Assembly: GCF_041146345.1 (NCBI RefSeq)
Contig: NW_027191404.1
Coordinates: forward strand, 1-64,000
DNA: 64,000 bases
Direction: 5' to 3'
Origin: Neodothiora populina
Taxonomy: Eukaryota
Position numbers and translations under genes: made by a program. Of this stretch, positions 19,960 to 33,227 are shown one piece after another. The notes under the pieces are model-generated. The model was not told the origin of the DNA, searched no databases, and saw nothing but the letters and a program-made list of their open reading frames with translations. Position 1 is the first letter of the stretch. The number at the start of each line of letters is the position of its first letter.

Positions 19960-22900
19960 CTATCGTCTCACGCCACCGTTCATCCTTGCCGCTCCGCCTT
20001 GGAACAAAAGCTTGAAGCCATTCTTCAGAGCGCGCATATCAGGGTACTGATGTCGTTGTAGCTCGAATGCATTAGGGATAACCTTGACGGGCCACGAGGC
20101 CAGAGGTGCTGCTTGACCGGCCTTGAAGCAAATATAGAAGTAGCCGGGGTATTTGGGGTTGATGCAGAATGCGTACATTGAACGTTTAGGGTTAGCTTCG
20201 GTGTATGTGTTGAGCCATTGTTCTGGGGAAGAGAAGTCAGTAAAATGAGATAGGAGTCAAAGAGTCAAGACTTACCAGTCTGCGCCTTCGAGCCGTTTTG
20301 ATAGCGCTCGTCTGTCATCATCTCCTCCATTTTTCGGCTCATCGCTTGCACGTGAAGAACGATCAACTCGTCGAGATCAGAATAGCTGTACTTGCCACCG
20401 ACTTTGAGCGTACGACCGACGGAGAACTCGTTCTCCTTGTCGAGTTCTAGCACGTCGATGTGCTGGAAGACGCCTTCTGAAACCTTCCAGGTGACAGCCA
20501 AGTGGTCCAGCCCCTTCGACGAAGGGCGGATCACAACGTCGCCTCGAGACTGAGATCCAAGATATTCTTCTGCTTGTGCGGAGTTGAAAGGTCGGAAGAG
20601 AGGGTGCTTGATGACACGTTGAGCGCGTCCAGTGGCGCGGTCTCTCTCCTTGTCAACCTCTTTCTTGTCCAGAGCCTCCTGTTGGTCATCCCACTCGCCA
20701 GGCTCGTGATCGAAGTCGCGAGTGAAGCCGCTGCGCAGAGCATCCTCCCGTAGACTCAGCTGCGCGGTGAATTTCTTGCGGTCGATGTATAAGAGCTTGG
20801 CTTGGATTGTCTGGTGCGCTTGCCACACATTACGCGGCTCGACTCCACCATCGCCTCCTACGCCCGAAGGGTATTCCATCTCGGAAATGCCACCGTCGAT
20901 GCCGCAGTCCAGCTTGACCTCGATGTGATCGGCAAACGTGCGCTTGACCTGAACAGGCACAATCATGCCATCCATGAGCGATTGTTTCGTTTCGCCCGTA
21001 AGCATGGTGAAGATCTCTTCGCTGCTCAGCAGATAGAATGACTGGCGTAGCTCTTCGTATGGCTGCTGAAGCTCGCCACGGATGAGTTCGAGAGTTGCCT
21101 TCTTCTTGAGACCCAACTTTCGCATGATCTCTTCTGCATAGTTGTCGAGAATGAGCTCGTTGAGAGTCTCCTGTTGCTCTTCTTTAATGAGCTTTCTCAC
21201 CACACCATTGGGACCGAATTCGTCAATCTCGGCCTTGACATCTTCTTCGTCCATGTCCAAGGTGTCTGCGACAATCTTTCGTGCTGTTTCGTAGTCCTCG
21301 GGGTGGATACGGGTGTTGTCGAGGTAGTCGGACTCGACTTCGGCGTCTTCGTAGGTGATGTAGACGAAGGAGGCGCAGTTCTCAAAGATCTTGGGGCCGA
21401 CAGCAGAACGCTTATTTCTTTCAATGTCGCCGACAAGTTCATCCCTGGTTAAAACTTCGCCGCCGTTCTGGTTGGCAACTTTGATGATCTGGGCAGCTTT
21501 CCTGGGACCCAGTCCGGAAACGTAGGGTAATAGATTAGCCGTGTACGAGTCGGAGATGGCCTCGTTGATGTCGACACCGACGAGATTCACGGTCTCAATC
21601 ATGGCCATTTCGAGGTTCTTGATGATCTTCTCTTGCGGGATGAGGGACTGGTTCGGCGTAAAGGAAATGGAGATGATGTCACGGCCGAGGGCGGCATACT
21701 CCTTGAGGGGCGATTGCATGTAGCGAGCGAGGGCAACGCAGTATCGGGCGAGTGGCGGCAAGGTGGGGTGTTCTGACTGGGCACGGTCGCTGGTGTGATA
21801 GAGACGGGCGACCTCGTCGTTGGTGATGACAACGTCGAGTTTCTCGCTCATCTCCCTGCCATCGTCGTCCTCGTAAGGGGTTCCTCGGAGATCGAATCTG
21901 TCGATGATGTCCTGGAGGTCCTTGTACAGCCTGCGTGTCTCGACGGACCAGCCAGAGACGGAGACGACATCGGGCTTGCGACGTTCGATGAGGTCCACCA
22001 GAGGAGCGACGTCGGCGCCGTTTGGCAGGAATCGCTCTTCGTTGCCCAGGCGCAGGTCACTGTACTTGCCGTTCTCGAGCACTCGTCCGTTCTCGTCCAT
22101 GTAGACCCAGCACACGGCATCGTTCCTCTTGCCGGCGCCGTTGGATAGCGCCAAGACTCGAGGGGTGGTGCCCAGGACCATGCCTCGCGGCTTGAAAGGG
22201 GCCTGGTCCAACTTCTCGGCGTATGCGGCACGACACGAGCGCGCAATCTGAGACTCGCACTCGGTCTTGAGGTTCTCCTTGACACCCTTGATGATGGATC
22301 GGGAAATTTTGGAGATGGCTTGGTCCAAGACCTGTCTGCGCATCATGTTCCATGCGTCGGCGACCTCACTGAAGTTGTCGGATTCGATGTGCTTGTACAG
22401 GTCCTCGCGGAAGCGCTTGGAGTTTTGCAGAGACAAGCGCACCTCGACCAGGCCTTCGTCCTCGGCCTTGAGCATGCGCAGGAACAGCTCGGGACGGCGG
22501 GCGATGGCGCCGAAGCCTTGGGCTCGGATGTACTTGAATTCGTAGTAGGGATGCTCGGCGTCGATTTTCCTCAGACCTTTTTCGGTGCGGTAGACATCGA
22601 ACAGACCGTCCATGTAGAAAGTCTGGCGCATGACCTTGCGCATGCGAGGACTCAAGGCCAGCTCCTCGGCGAACATGGCCTTTGCCGCATTCGTGACCTG
22701 CTCTCCCGTAGAATACTGATCGTCGAGGAGTGAATCGGCCATGTCGTCGGGTCGCTCGGGCGGGTCCTCGGTGTAGTGCTTCTTGCCCAGCTTCAGCGCG
22801 TTCTGCGCCAGAGCGTCGGGGGAGATGCCAAAGGCCTTGACCATGTTGTAGACTCTGCTCTGGCGGATGCGTTCCCACACGCTGCGGGCGCCTCTCGCGC

Positions 22901-24462
22901 GCTTCTGGGTGCCGTTGGATTCGGCATCGTAGACGACGGCGTCTTTGAGCTGCTCGGCATACTGGAAATGCATGTAATCCTGGACGTCCTGCAGCTCCTC
23001 CATGGTCACGGCAGCGGGGATCATTTCGTCAAAGACATTGTCCTCAAAGTTGGGTCTCTGCTTCAGGCCATCGACGGCTTTGGACAGAGCCTCGCGCTTC
23101 TCGGCAAATGCCCGATATTTCAAGTCGAGTTCGCCGATTTCCCAGAGATCAGCGGCGACGAGCAATCGCTGGGCCTTGATCTCTGTGCGCTCGCCATCCG
23201 GGTCGTCGGGCGAAGGGGAAGATCGAACGCGCTCTTCGTGGATCAGGTAGTCCTTGCGGTTGTGCAGAATAAAGGGCATCTCGAGATCGTCGACATTCAT
23301 GAAGCGCAGGACGTCGCCGACGATGGCGCGGAAGGGCTCGATGAGGTCGCGGTCGAGTCGTTTCTTGGGCAAGAGGAAATCGGAGATCCAGCGTGTCTCC
23401 TCGAGCAATCTGGCGCTCATCTCCTCGTCGGACAAGTCGACGGGCCTGAAGGCCTTGCGGGCGATCTGGTAGCGCTCGGGCACATCGGCCTTGCGGATAA
23501 TGTCGTCCTCCTCGGTCAACATGCGGTCGACGAGCTGCGAAGGCTCAAAGACATCCTTGAGCTCGAGGGGTTTGTCCAGTCCGTCCTGCTCGTCGTCGGC
23601 CTCCTCTTGCAGCTGCAGCGCCCAGTCGTACTCTGTGCCGTCACCGAAGGCGGCCATCATGTCTTCCTGGGCCGACTCGTCGAGGCCGCTCTGCATGCGG
23701 ATGGGGTCGACGTAGCCGTGTTTGGCGGGTCTGCGGACTTCTGCCTCGTCGCGCATGGCCTCGCGCTCCTCGTCGGGGAACTCGTCTTCCTCGATGAAGT
23801 CTGCGAACTCGTCCTGCATGCCTCTGGCCTCGCGGCGGCGGTCGTCGGCGCCGGCGTCATCGTCGTCGTCGGAGAAGATGTCGTCGATGCCTCGAGCTTC
23901 GGCGCGTTCTCGGTCTTCGCGGTGGCCGCGCTTGAGGCGTTTGAACTGTTTCTGGTTTTGGGTTGTTTTAGTCTTGCGTCTTGCCACACTTGAGGATGAT
24001 GCAGAGAAAAGGGCAGAAAAGAAACAGAGAAAAGAAGAAAAGATACCTGTTCGTCCTGTCGGCGCTGGTAGTCCGGATGCGTCTCTCCGATCAGATCCAA
24101 ATCCTCATCGTCGAGCATGGCATCCTCCTCCTCTCGCTCTTCTCTTCGTCGCTTTTTGCGCTCGCGTCTCCTGGCTCGGCGCTCTTCCTCGTCGACGTCT
24201 TCGTCTTCGTCGACGATGAAACCTTCTCGAATCTGTGATTTGATCTTGTCAACTATGACCGCTCTTGTATCTGACAGTGATAAAGGCTGACCTCTCGCTC
24301 GGCTTCTTCGTCGTCGTCCTCTTCCTCCTCGCTCGAGTCGTCCATGTTGGCGCCATTGGTGGGTCTGGTCTTTGTCTTGACCGCGCCCGTCTGCTCGTCG
24401 TAGTCCTCGTCTTCTTCGCTGCCGAGCTCGGCGTCGAGATCAAAGAGGTTCGCGGTAGCCAT
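19960..24462 (-). CDS. SPT6: Transcription elongation factor / histone chaperone Spt6
   Basis: Exons 24462-24292, 24232-24047, 23951-20276, 20222-19960. Acidic N-terminus, VFEPSQL, YqgF/HhH region (SGLGPRKA), TRIHPEDY, S1 and SH2-like regions ([15 protein letters not shown]). Confidence 0.97.
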
Positions 24463-26222
24463 GATGGCGCAGGGGTGTTTGACTACCCGATGTGACTAGG
24501 CGATGGTGTAGGCGAGATTGCAGGCGATGATGGAGGGGGAGAGTGGTGGACAGAAAGGTGGCTCTGGGCCGTGACGCAGCGGGGCGCGCTTCTCGCCGTC
24601 TTCTGTCTTCGAACAGAGAAGGATGCAAGTAGATCAAGCGCTCATCCAGGCGAAAAGGAGCGACGTCTAGACAAGATGGAGTTGGCGTGGGGATGTGGTG
24701 GATGGAGCTTGTGTCGTCTCTGTAATTCATCCACTGTGCCAAAGCGTTCCTGCCGTGAGTTGTAGAGCAACTCTTGTCTACTGCCTCTTTGGGGATAATC
24801 ACTCTTGTTTGACGCGTTTGTTCTCTTCTGCGCTTGTCTGTCCAGTCGGCAGTCTGCCGCCGAGCCCTAAGCATCTGTCTGCATCTGCACTTTTGTCAAG
24901 TCTGCCCTGACTCTGCCTCTACCTTACGGTCTACGGATTACAGCTAAGGTACAGTAGGTATTCTTTCATCCACTGTCTAATTATAGTCACTGTGTTCTGT
25001 CTGAATGAGTGACTAACGAGAGTGCAATAGAGATAGGGTTATTGTACGACTCAGGGCAACTGAGGTGGCATACAACAAAGACAAAAGAGATTGTGATGAC
25101 CATTACCACGATTGGATCACCTCGTCTGGGAGATCTACCTAGCATTACCACCTCTTGCTTTTTGTCGCTTTACTTGACCCCAAGCGTCGTAATGTAGAAG
25201 CACGAAAAGGATTGTCGCTCTCCCATCCTTCTCCACTTGTGCACCGCAAAATAGCAACCCGCCGAAACACTCGAGCCCAGTCTAGCAAAGTATTTCGGGT
25301 CGACATGTCATCATAACCATCACAAGACATTGTAGACAGGCGGATGTGCAGTCGCAGTATCACACCTCAAGGTACTTGCTACAGAGACAGCTGTTTCACC
25401 TCCTGACACGTAACGTGTAACGAGACACAGGGGGAGAAGTTTCCTGGTGTACTGTGACTCGGCTTGCTGTATTTATTACCTATCTTCTCTTTCTCTTTCT
25501 CTGATGTACTTGTACACTCTGGCTGCAGAGTACCTATAATATCACCACTGCTTTCTCCGCGAGCCGAACAGCATTAGACAAACCCCTGTCGACTGTCGCT
25601 TTATTATCCATCGCCGCCGCTGCTCGTCCCGCTGCCGTTGCCGCCCGCCATCAACCATCATTCAATCGATATTACGGTATTCTCATCTGTTATTCGCTAT
25701 TCATTACTCGCCTCTGAATTGCCCCGCCATAAGCCCAATAAGGTGTCTCTGGTGTTCTGGACCCGCCAACACTCCCTTTCTCATCTTCTTGTTCTTACTG
25801 CATACTCTGTGCATACATTGTCCCTTTTTGCTGCTGCTGCCGCTGTTGCTGTTGTTTTGTGGTACCGTTCCCGTGTCTGCAATTCATGATCGCGCGACAA
25901 TAATACGATCTACGTGCGACACAACGACACATGAAACCTTAGCATTTAATCCGGCCGCTACTTCTCTCATACTCACCGTACCTGCGGTACCACACCACAC
26001 TTTTCTACCTTACGTTGCCGCCCGACAACTGACTGCTGCCCTGTCTGATCATATTTCCCTGACTCGACGAATCACGCTCGACCTTGTGCCGCCCGCTCAT
26101 CTACATAGCACTTCGGCCCTGTGTCCACCAGAAAGGAGACTTTGTCTTGGTGGTGGTGCGACACCCTCTCTCCCACCCACGACTTGTCAGAAACAAGAGA
26201 CCAGAAGCACAAATCGCCCGCC

Positions 26223-27946
26223 ATGTCGTCCGACGCTTTCAAGCCAAAGACGATGAAGAGGAAGAACGTCAAGGGCCTCGCTCTCGGCGCCCCCTCGATG
26301 CGCGCTTCTCCCTCGTCGGCAGACACCCAGGTCCCTGGCGCTCTGGGAAACAACAAGGACGACGGACGAGGCGACACACTGGAGATCGGTGTCGAGTTCC
26401 GACTGGACCTCCGGAACGAAGACCTGCAGGTCATCAAAGAGCTCGGCGCCGGAAACGGAGGCACGGTCAGCAAGGTCATGCACACGGCGACCAAAGTCGT
26501 CATGGCCAGGAAGATCATCCATGTGGAAAAGAACAAGGAGGTGCGCAAGCGAATAGTCAGGGAGCTCCAGATCATGCACGACTGCAACTCGCCGTACATT
26601 GTCTCCTTCTACGGTGCCTTCATGAACGACATGGGCGACGTCATCATGTGCATGGAATACATGGACGTCGGCTCCCTCGACAGCATCTCGCGCAACTTCG
26701 GTCCCGTGCGAGTCGATGTGCTGGGCAAGATCGCCGAGGCGGTCTTGGGAGGGCTGACCTATCTCTACCGCGCCCACCGCATCATGCATCGAGACATCAA
26801 GCCCAGCAATGTCCTCGTCAACAGCAAAGGCCAGATCAAGCTGTGCGACTTTGGAGTCAGCAGCGAACTCGACAACTCCGTCGCCGACACTTTCGTCGGG
26901 ACCGGAACCTACATGGCCCCCGAGCGTATCCAGGGCAGCCCGTACACGGTGAAGAGTGACGTCTGGAGTGTCGGTCTGACGCTGATGGAGCTGGCCATTG
27001 GCAAATTCCCCTTCCATGCCGGCAGCTCAGAAGGTGGCGACGACGACGACGAGCCCTCGGGTCCTCAGGGCATCCTGGATCTACTGCAGCAGATCGTCGG
27101 CGAGCCCAGCCCGAAGCTGCCTAAATCAGATGCCTTCCCTGTCATACTCGACGAGGTCATTGACAAATGCCTGAAGAAAGACCCGCACGAGAGACCGACG
27201 CCGGCTGAACTATTCGTATCTTCCTCTTTTCCTTCTTTTCCTTTTGCTGTTCACTGACCTCGACCGCGCAGGAACACGACGCCTTCCTCCAAGCCGCCAA
27301 ACGCACACCAGTCGATCTAGAGGCATGGGCGGTGAGCATGATGGAGCGTCACAACCGCAAGTCTCACCTCGCCTTCCCACAAATGTCTCCCGCCAGCAAA
27401 GCCCTGCTCCGAGGCGAACATGTCAATTCCACCATAACCCCTTCGCGAGAGCGAGAGCGACGACCAAAACCCCCACCAGCAGAACCCTCGTCCGCCACAT
27501 CTTCTACAGCTTCATCACTCGCCGCGACGCCGACGAGTGGCGATATTGTCATCACCCGTGACCCTCAGGCATCAGCCAACGGACGAGCACCGGGCACGAG
27601 ACCCGCATACCCTCTCCGCACCAGTTCGGCCGGTCAAGTGCCACAGCACATGCAGGGAGGTCAAACCATGAACCTGCCAGTCCGCCCCGCTCCCCAGCTG
27701 TCGTCAATCCCACCCCGCAGACGACCCGACACGGCCGAGGCGGTCGACCCGAGACGACACATGGTGAGATCGGGCTATTCAGACCCGAGAATAAACGGTG
27801 GCTACCCTTCTGTGCCCGGCTCGCGAGACGGCTATATCGCATCGAGTTCGTCATCACATTCGCGCGACGGCGGTGGTCCAAACAGCGGTGGCGACTCGCA
27901 CCATAATATTCCCTCGACTGCCAGGAACATCTACGATCGATTTTAG
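26223..27946 (+). CDS. STE7: MAP kinase kinase, Ste7/Mst7 type
   Basis: Exons 26223-27215 and 27272-27946. N-terminal docking motif MKRKNVKGLAL, LGAGNGG, HRDIKPSN, activation loop DFGVSSELDNSVADTFVGTGTYMAPERI. Confidence 0.95.
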
Positions 27947-29425
27947 AGGCGCCGTAATGGATGATGATGATGATGATGATGCACAATCTCTGAAACAAAA
28001 TATCTTTCATATTCACGAGCGCGAAGCCAACAGGGATCCCTCTCGGCGTTGATACGGCGTTCGGTCACCAATACGCCAGACGCTCGCAGATATTACGCTC
28101 CATTGGCGACAGGAGTCTACAGGTCCCTTACCCTTGCTAGGTCGAGCTTCCATCGAGCCGCATAATTCCGGGAATGGTATTTGCATCCGAACGTCACAGA
28201 GGGAACGCCAAGGGCTGGACCAACCGACCGCATATCTGACCATAACAAACTCGATAGATGAACGGTCAAGAATGATCTTCTTGTACGCGCCGCTGTAGCC
28301 ATCATGTCCGTCAAAAACACCTACTTTCCAAAGAGGAGAAAGGTCGTCACATGTGTTCGACCAGCATTTTGTTCGAAGAAAAGAAGAGATGTACACATCG
28401 ACAAGCACTCTGCTGCAACCATGTCAGAGGTAGCAATGATAGCATCAATCTGTTCAGAAGGACAAGCTTTTTGTCTCTTGTTTTCCCGTTTCACTCTTTT
28501 TTTTTCCTTCTTGTCTGTCAATTGCCAGCGCGCATATGAATGAGCGAGCGAGCAAGCAAGCGAGTAAGCAAAGCAAAGCAACGCATTCGGTGGTTTCGAT
28601 ACCCAAAATGAACACGTTTCCACCTTTTAGATCTTGACTGTTATTTTATTTTCTTCTCTTCTCTGGTCTACTGTCGAGAAACGTCCCTGCTTTGTATGAA
28701 GCACCTACTTCTGTCGATTCTATAAGATGGCAATAATCTGGCTCATTCTCGTCTCGAAATGTGATTTTATGCAACTAAACACCAGCAAGGATACTCCAAT
28801 CCGCTTGATTTATGAAAGCCCGACTATACAAGGAGGATTCATTAAGAAAGTGAAAGGAAAGGTTCAGCCTTATCTGTTTTCTCGTCAGATCATGCGGTCT
28901 GTGCTGCTATGTACCTCTGATATAATGACCTATGGTTGGGATGATACTCACTGGTGAAAGACATGGTTGCCCTCCTTACCTTGACTTTCGATGGGCAGTG
29001 GTGCCAAGGCGCGCGCTTGAGAAGCTGTCCTTCCGGACATCGGCCAACATCCTGCTACACGGTAAAGTATAATTATTGCACCTCTATGTCCGTCCACAGC
29101 TCGAGCCGGAAACAACACTGATAGAGATCCCCGCCATCGCTGCAGCGCTGTAGCGAAGCGCCGTGTGATATCAATTCCTCGACATGCTTGAGCACAAACC
29201 AGAGAGCCTTGTAGCCAATGAGAGATCACTCGTGGCCAACATCCGTCATGCATCGCCATTCGAACCGAGTTTAGTGCTAGCATTGGCCAAGCAGTGAGCC
29301 TCAGGTGCTGGTGATTATCAAGTCAAGGCGGCTACGTTATTAGCTGGGAACACCTTTCTACCCTCCGTCCATCACACTTTTGTCTACCTGAACATTTCGT
29401 TATTGTCGTAACGAACAATTCTCCG

Positions 29426-29957
29426 ATGGCTTCGATTACAACCCCTGAAGCGTCATCCAACACCCAGTCTCCTGCAAAGGAATCTCCACGACGAGTGATC
29501 TTGAGACTCCGTGTGATTGATTTCGACAGTAACGGCCATCATTGGCAGCAGAACCCAGATGCTATAAAGACTCATCTGGAGTGGGCCGGGTATTCAGCGG
29601 ACGATTATGAAATGGGCAAAACGGGACAGAAGCACTACGCACACGTCGAACCCCTCCGGTCTCTTGATGTGCCGCAAAAACAATCCCATATTATGCTTGA
29701 CATGTATTGCCATAATTCGCCTACTTCAACATTAGACGAAGTGCCTCACGAATTCTAAGGAATCAATCGGGACAAGAATTACCAGTTGTCCGTCAACTCA
29801 AGCCTCCCTTCGTTCACACTTGGCTAAAACATATCCAACGATTGTGACGATGTTCCGTGATCCAGCTGAGGCACGCAACCTTATTTCCAAGATCCGACAC
29901 ATCTTCGACATGTTCTATCCTTGGGGCAAGCAAAGGGAGAAACAGTCAAAGGAATAA
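29426..29957 (+). pseudogene. Small hypothetical gene, possibly disrupted
   Basis: 110-aa ORF ends VPHEF-TAA at 29758, but protein-like sequence continues (GINRDKNYQL, GTCCGT donor at 29788, GCTAAA branch-like site, then IVTMFRDPAEARNLISKIRHIFDMFYPWG to TAA 29957). No AG acceptor at the expected position. Confidence 0.35.
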
Positions 29958-30234
29958 GCTCTCTGTGCCTTTGAGATGACATAAGTCTTATAAAGCATAT
30001 TTGCAAAGGCATCTTGTACTTCACGGAGATTGATAGGACGATTGATCGCCTTGTGCCTCTTGTCAACGCTGATGTCTTGAAGGTCACCAAGAAAGGAGAT
30101 CAATAATGGCCTTGTTACATGGTAGACCGGACAAATGTTTGTCACTTGAGCAGCAGACCTGCTTCCCATGGTATATGTCTCAATAATTACATGCAAAATT
30201 AATTCTAGCTAGTACCATGGACTCCTTGACCAAA

Positions 30235-31716
30235 CTAATTGACATCGTTATGGAGCAAACCCCTATGATATGTGCTCTTCACAGCTAAGCTGACCACCTC
30301 TAGAAACCTCTCATCTTCCATCCGAACTTCCTCAGCATGCCAGTCCGAGCCTTCTGGGACTTCATCTCGTGCGCCATGGGTGCTGAAGTAGGTGTGTCCA
30401 GTCATATGAGCCAGGTTGCGGAATCCCTTATGCGCCAACCCATTAGGAAGTATCTCTACAACGGTAGACTCAGGAGGTAAGAACATGGTGTGCGTCAGAC
30501 CAGCGCCGTGGACACCGACCAAAACATCAGTCTTGCGGATTATCGCCAGTTGCTCGGCGAAAGGTATTGCTGCAAAGTCGATACTTTGTATAACGACATG
30601 TTCAAATCTGGCCTTCAAGGATGTGATCAAGGTGTCCTGTTCCTGTAGATGACGTGTCGACTTTCGATCGATGACGGTCACTGTAATCGGAGCAGATAGG
30701 CCCCTGGGCTCTATAGCCGGAAAGAGTCTTAGAACCCGATTCACAAAGCCGCGAAGCAGCGCGGATCTGTCGCAGTTATGCGGTATCCAGTCCCCATCCC
30801 ACAACGGGCTACTAGCACCTGCAAGCGGGACAATAACGTTGTCGACACACAGCGAGGATGTGTTCTGCATAGCATCGAGACGGGTCGCCGGTCGGCCCGT
30901 TATAAGTCCCCAAAGCTCGAAGTAGGGGCCGGGCTCGAAGTCGTCCAGTATCAAGACTTGAGAGTCTTTCAGGAACACGGTTCGATCTCCAGAGACGGCC
31001 ATGTTGCCGTTGCTAAAGGCTACCATCTGCGTTGCATCCATGGTGATCATGTATGAGAAAATCTCCATGAGACAGTGCCAAAGATTGTAAGGACCTTCTC
31101 GTTTGATCAAGACGAAGCTCTTAGGTTTGTTTCCCGGGATTTCCAGGTCCGTACAGTTCTGATTGGCGATCTTGTCAGGATCATCGCCAACCCTGATATG
31201 ATGTTCAAACACATGCCCAGGCCCAGTTTCATACCAATGGTGAGGCAAATGATTCACTTGCGGCATTCCCGTCAAGTCTGGAGAGTTCCAGTTCCGAAGC
31301 CGGCAATTGATCTCGAACTTGCGTGTTTCCGGATCCCATAGCAGTCGAGAAGCGGTACAGAAGATGTCGGTTTCCTTGTTTCGAGAAGGACTCATGAAAC
31401 ACGCGAGTTGTGACTGTGTTTCCACAGGCTCACAGTAAGATGCACCGGAGCGAGAGATGTCATCAAGATATGAAAGCCCGTATTTGGATTCGCAGACCTC
31501 GTCGTCGAGCTCGGGTAGAGCATATTCTTGGCTCAACGCTGTTGAGATGTCTGTCTTGTCATCCTGAGAGCAGAGATGGTCCGCAGGAATGTGTCTGGCT
31601 ATTCGCAGGCGGGTGTGACTGGGGGTTGTAAATGTCCAGAGATAATAGACCGACACAAGAGAGAGCACTATTGCCGGTATGAGAGCCTGTTTGCGAACAC
31701 GTCGTAAGGAGAGCAT
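30235..31716 (-). CDS. Glycosyltransferase family 61 (EOGT/DUF563-like), type II membrane protein
   Basis: 493-aa intronless ORF; N-terminal TM anchor; NLWHCLMEI, IDRKSTR, EQLAIIRKTDVLVGVHGAGLTHTMFLP motifs. Confidence 0.9.
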   Translation of the reverse strand: MLSLRRVRKQALIPAIVLSLVSVYYLWTFTTPSHTRLRIARHIPADHLCSQDDKTDISTALSQEYALPELDDEVCESKYGLSYLDDISRSGASYCEPVETQSQLACFMSPSRNKETDIFCTASRLLWDPETRKFEINCRLRNWNSPDLTGMPQVNHLPHHWYETGPGHVFEHHIRVGDDPDKIANQNCTDLEIPGNKPKSFVLIKREGPYNLWHCLMEIFSYMITMDATQMVAFSNGNMAVSGDRTVFLKDSQVLILDDFEPGPYFELWGLITGRPATRLDAMQNTSSLCVDNVIVPLAGASSPLWDGDWIPHNCDRSALLRGFVNRVLRLFPAIEPRGLSAPITVTVIDRKSTRHLQEQDTLITSLKARFEHVVIQSIDFAAIPFAEQLAIIRKTDVLVGVHGAGLTHTMFLPPESTVVEILPNGLAHKGFRNLAHMTGHTYFSTHGARDEVPEGSDWHAEEVRMEDERFLEVVSLAVKSTYHRGLLHNDVN

Positions 31717-33079
31717 GGCTTCGTCTGCTTCTTCAAACAGTGGACGCGTCTTACAACAGCAAAGATCATGGGAAGCGCAGTCTTGTGAACAGGCAGAACG
31801 GCTTTCCCAGCGTTAATGTAGTAGAATGGTGAAAACTCGCAATTAACTTTTCCGAACATAGGACGTCTGCTACAAACTTATGGATAAGTAGCCGCGTTCA
31901 TCTATTTGGCCTCTGATATCGGTATGTCATTGCCATCGGATTTATTCTAGGTGCCACTTTATCCATTACACATTCTATCTTGTCGCCAATGTAGAGACTT
32001 ATCCGGACCTGTAGGTGATCCCATGTTCTTGTGGAAGATGTGGTACCACATCTCTACAACTAATTGCCAGGGGACCCGGTATTTAGCACATAGGATTGTC
32101 TCGATGCTGCAACGAGTTCTTAGTCCAGCACGTTCTTGCTGTATGACCAAAACACCCTGCATATCCAAGCCAGAGTGAATAAACTATCTAGCCTCAAAAA
32201 ATATCAGATTCTGTCGCAGTGCCTGCTAACCGACTACTCAATTCATAGCGTTAGCAGTCGTAAATTGGAGAGACCCCTCTGTTCATACATGTACGTTGAT
32301 AGCAGCCAATAGTCTTACCTTTACAAGCGCTCCATCAACATCAGCGCAAGAAGGATGCTATAGCGCCATGTCGGCGCCTATGTAATCCTCGGATATATTG
32401 GGATCCACTGACGCTGCAAGAGAAGACATTACACAATCGTCAAAGTACACGACCTTTCCGCCTTCTCTGAGATACTCCGGATAGATGACTGAGTCGTGAC
32501 TTCGAGAAATGATGGAGCATACTGCGCTTCGAGGGGTATAGCCATTGGTTCCAAAGTTGGCTTCAATCATGGTGATAAGATTAGTGCTTGGAAAACTCAG
32601 CACGACGATCACGCAAGTGGAATGGCGCTTAGAGCCTCCATCTCGCGCCATATATGAAGGTCAGACTCTGGAAGTGCTGATACTGCCGTCACCAGGGCCA
32701 TGCTTGATTCTCCGTCGAGTATAAAGGTATGTACGGAGTCATCAGATACTACAAGACACATCTTACCAAGAAGAGCAAATGACAGGCGCAATTAGTAACT
32801 CGATAAATCAAGTGCAGGAAGTCTTGCATCTGCCATTCGCAAAAGGAGCTGGACACACAAGCTCCCCCTTGTCTCGACGACTGGCAACTGGGAGACGTCC
32901 ATTGCAAACTCTGATTATGGAATCCTTCTCCCAGCCATCGAATCCAAAACGCCATCAACGCGAGCGAAGACTCGATACGCCCTCGGTCGAAGATTGGCTC
33001 ATAGCTGTAAAAGATTGGGCTGTCGAGATCTCGAGGATGTTCACTTCGGTAGACTTGAACTCACGCGTGGATCTTATGA

Positions 33080-33084
33080 TATAA
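33080..33084 (+). promoter_or_regulatory. TATA-like element at -29 of the 5S rRNA gene
   Basis: TATAA starts 29 nt upstream of the 5S start, the position known for dispersed Neurospora 5S genes. Confidence 0.55.
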
Positions 33085-33108
33085 TCCAAGTTGTTTGGAC
33101 AAATCAGC

Positions 33109-33227
33109 ACATACGGCCACAGGCAGCTGAGAACTGGGCATCCCGTCCGCTCTGCCAGACATAAGCAGTTGACCGGCTGATTAGTACTACGGTGGGTGAC
33201 CACGTGGGAATCCCACCTGCTGTATGT
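33109..33227 (+). rRNA. Dispersed 5S rRNA gene
   Basis: ACATACGGCC..GCATCCCGTCCGCTCTGCC..TTAGTACTACGGTGGGTGACCACGTGGGAATCC..GCTGTATGT; 119 nt with complementary ends, followed by T-runs (Pol III terminator). Confidence 0.95.

Noticed and set aside
22776..23993. 405-aa plus-strand ORF
   Set aside because: Antisense to SPT6; expected from strong C/G-ending codon bias.
25886..25942. Two tiny upstream ORFs (MIARQ, MKP) before STE7
   Set aside because: Transcript start and 5' UTR splicing are unknown, and such short ORFs arise by chance.
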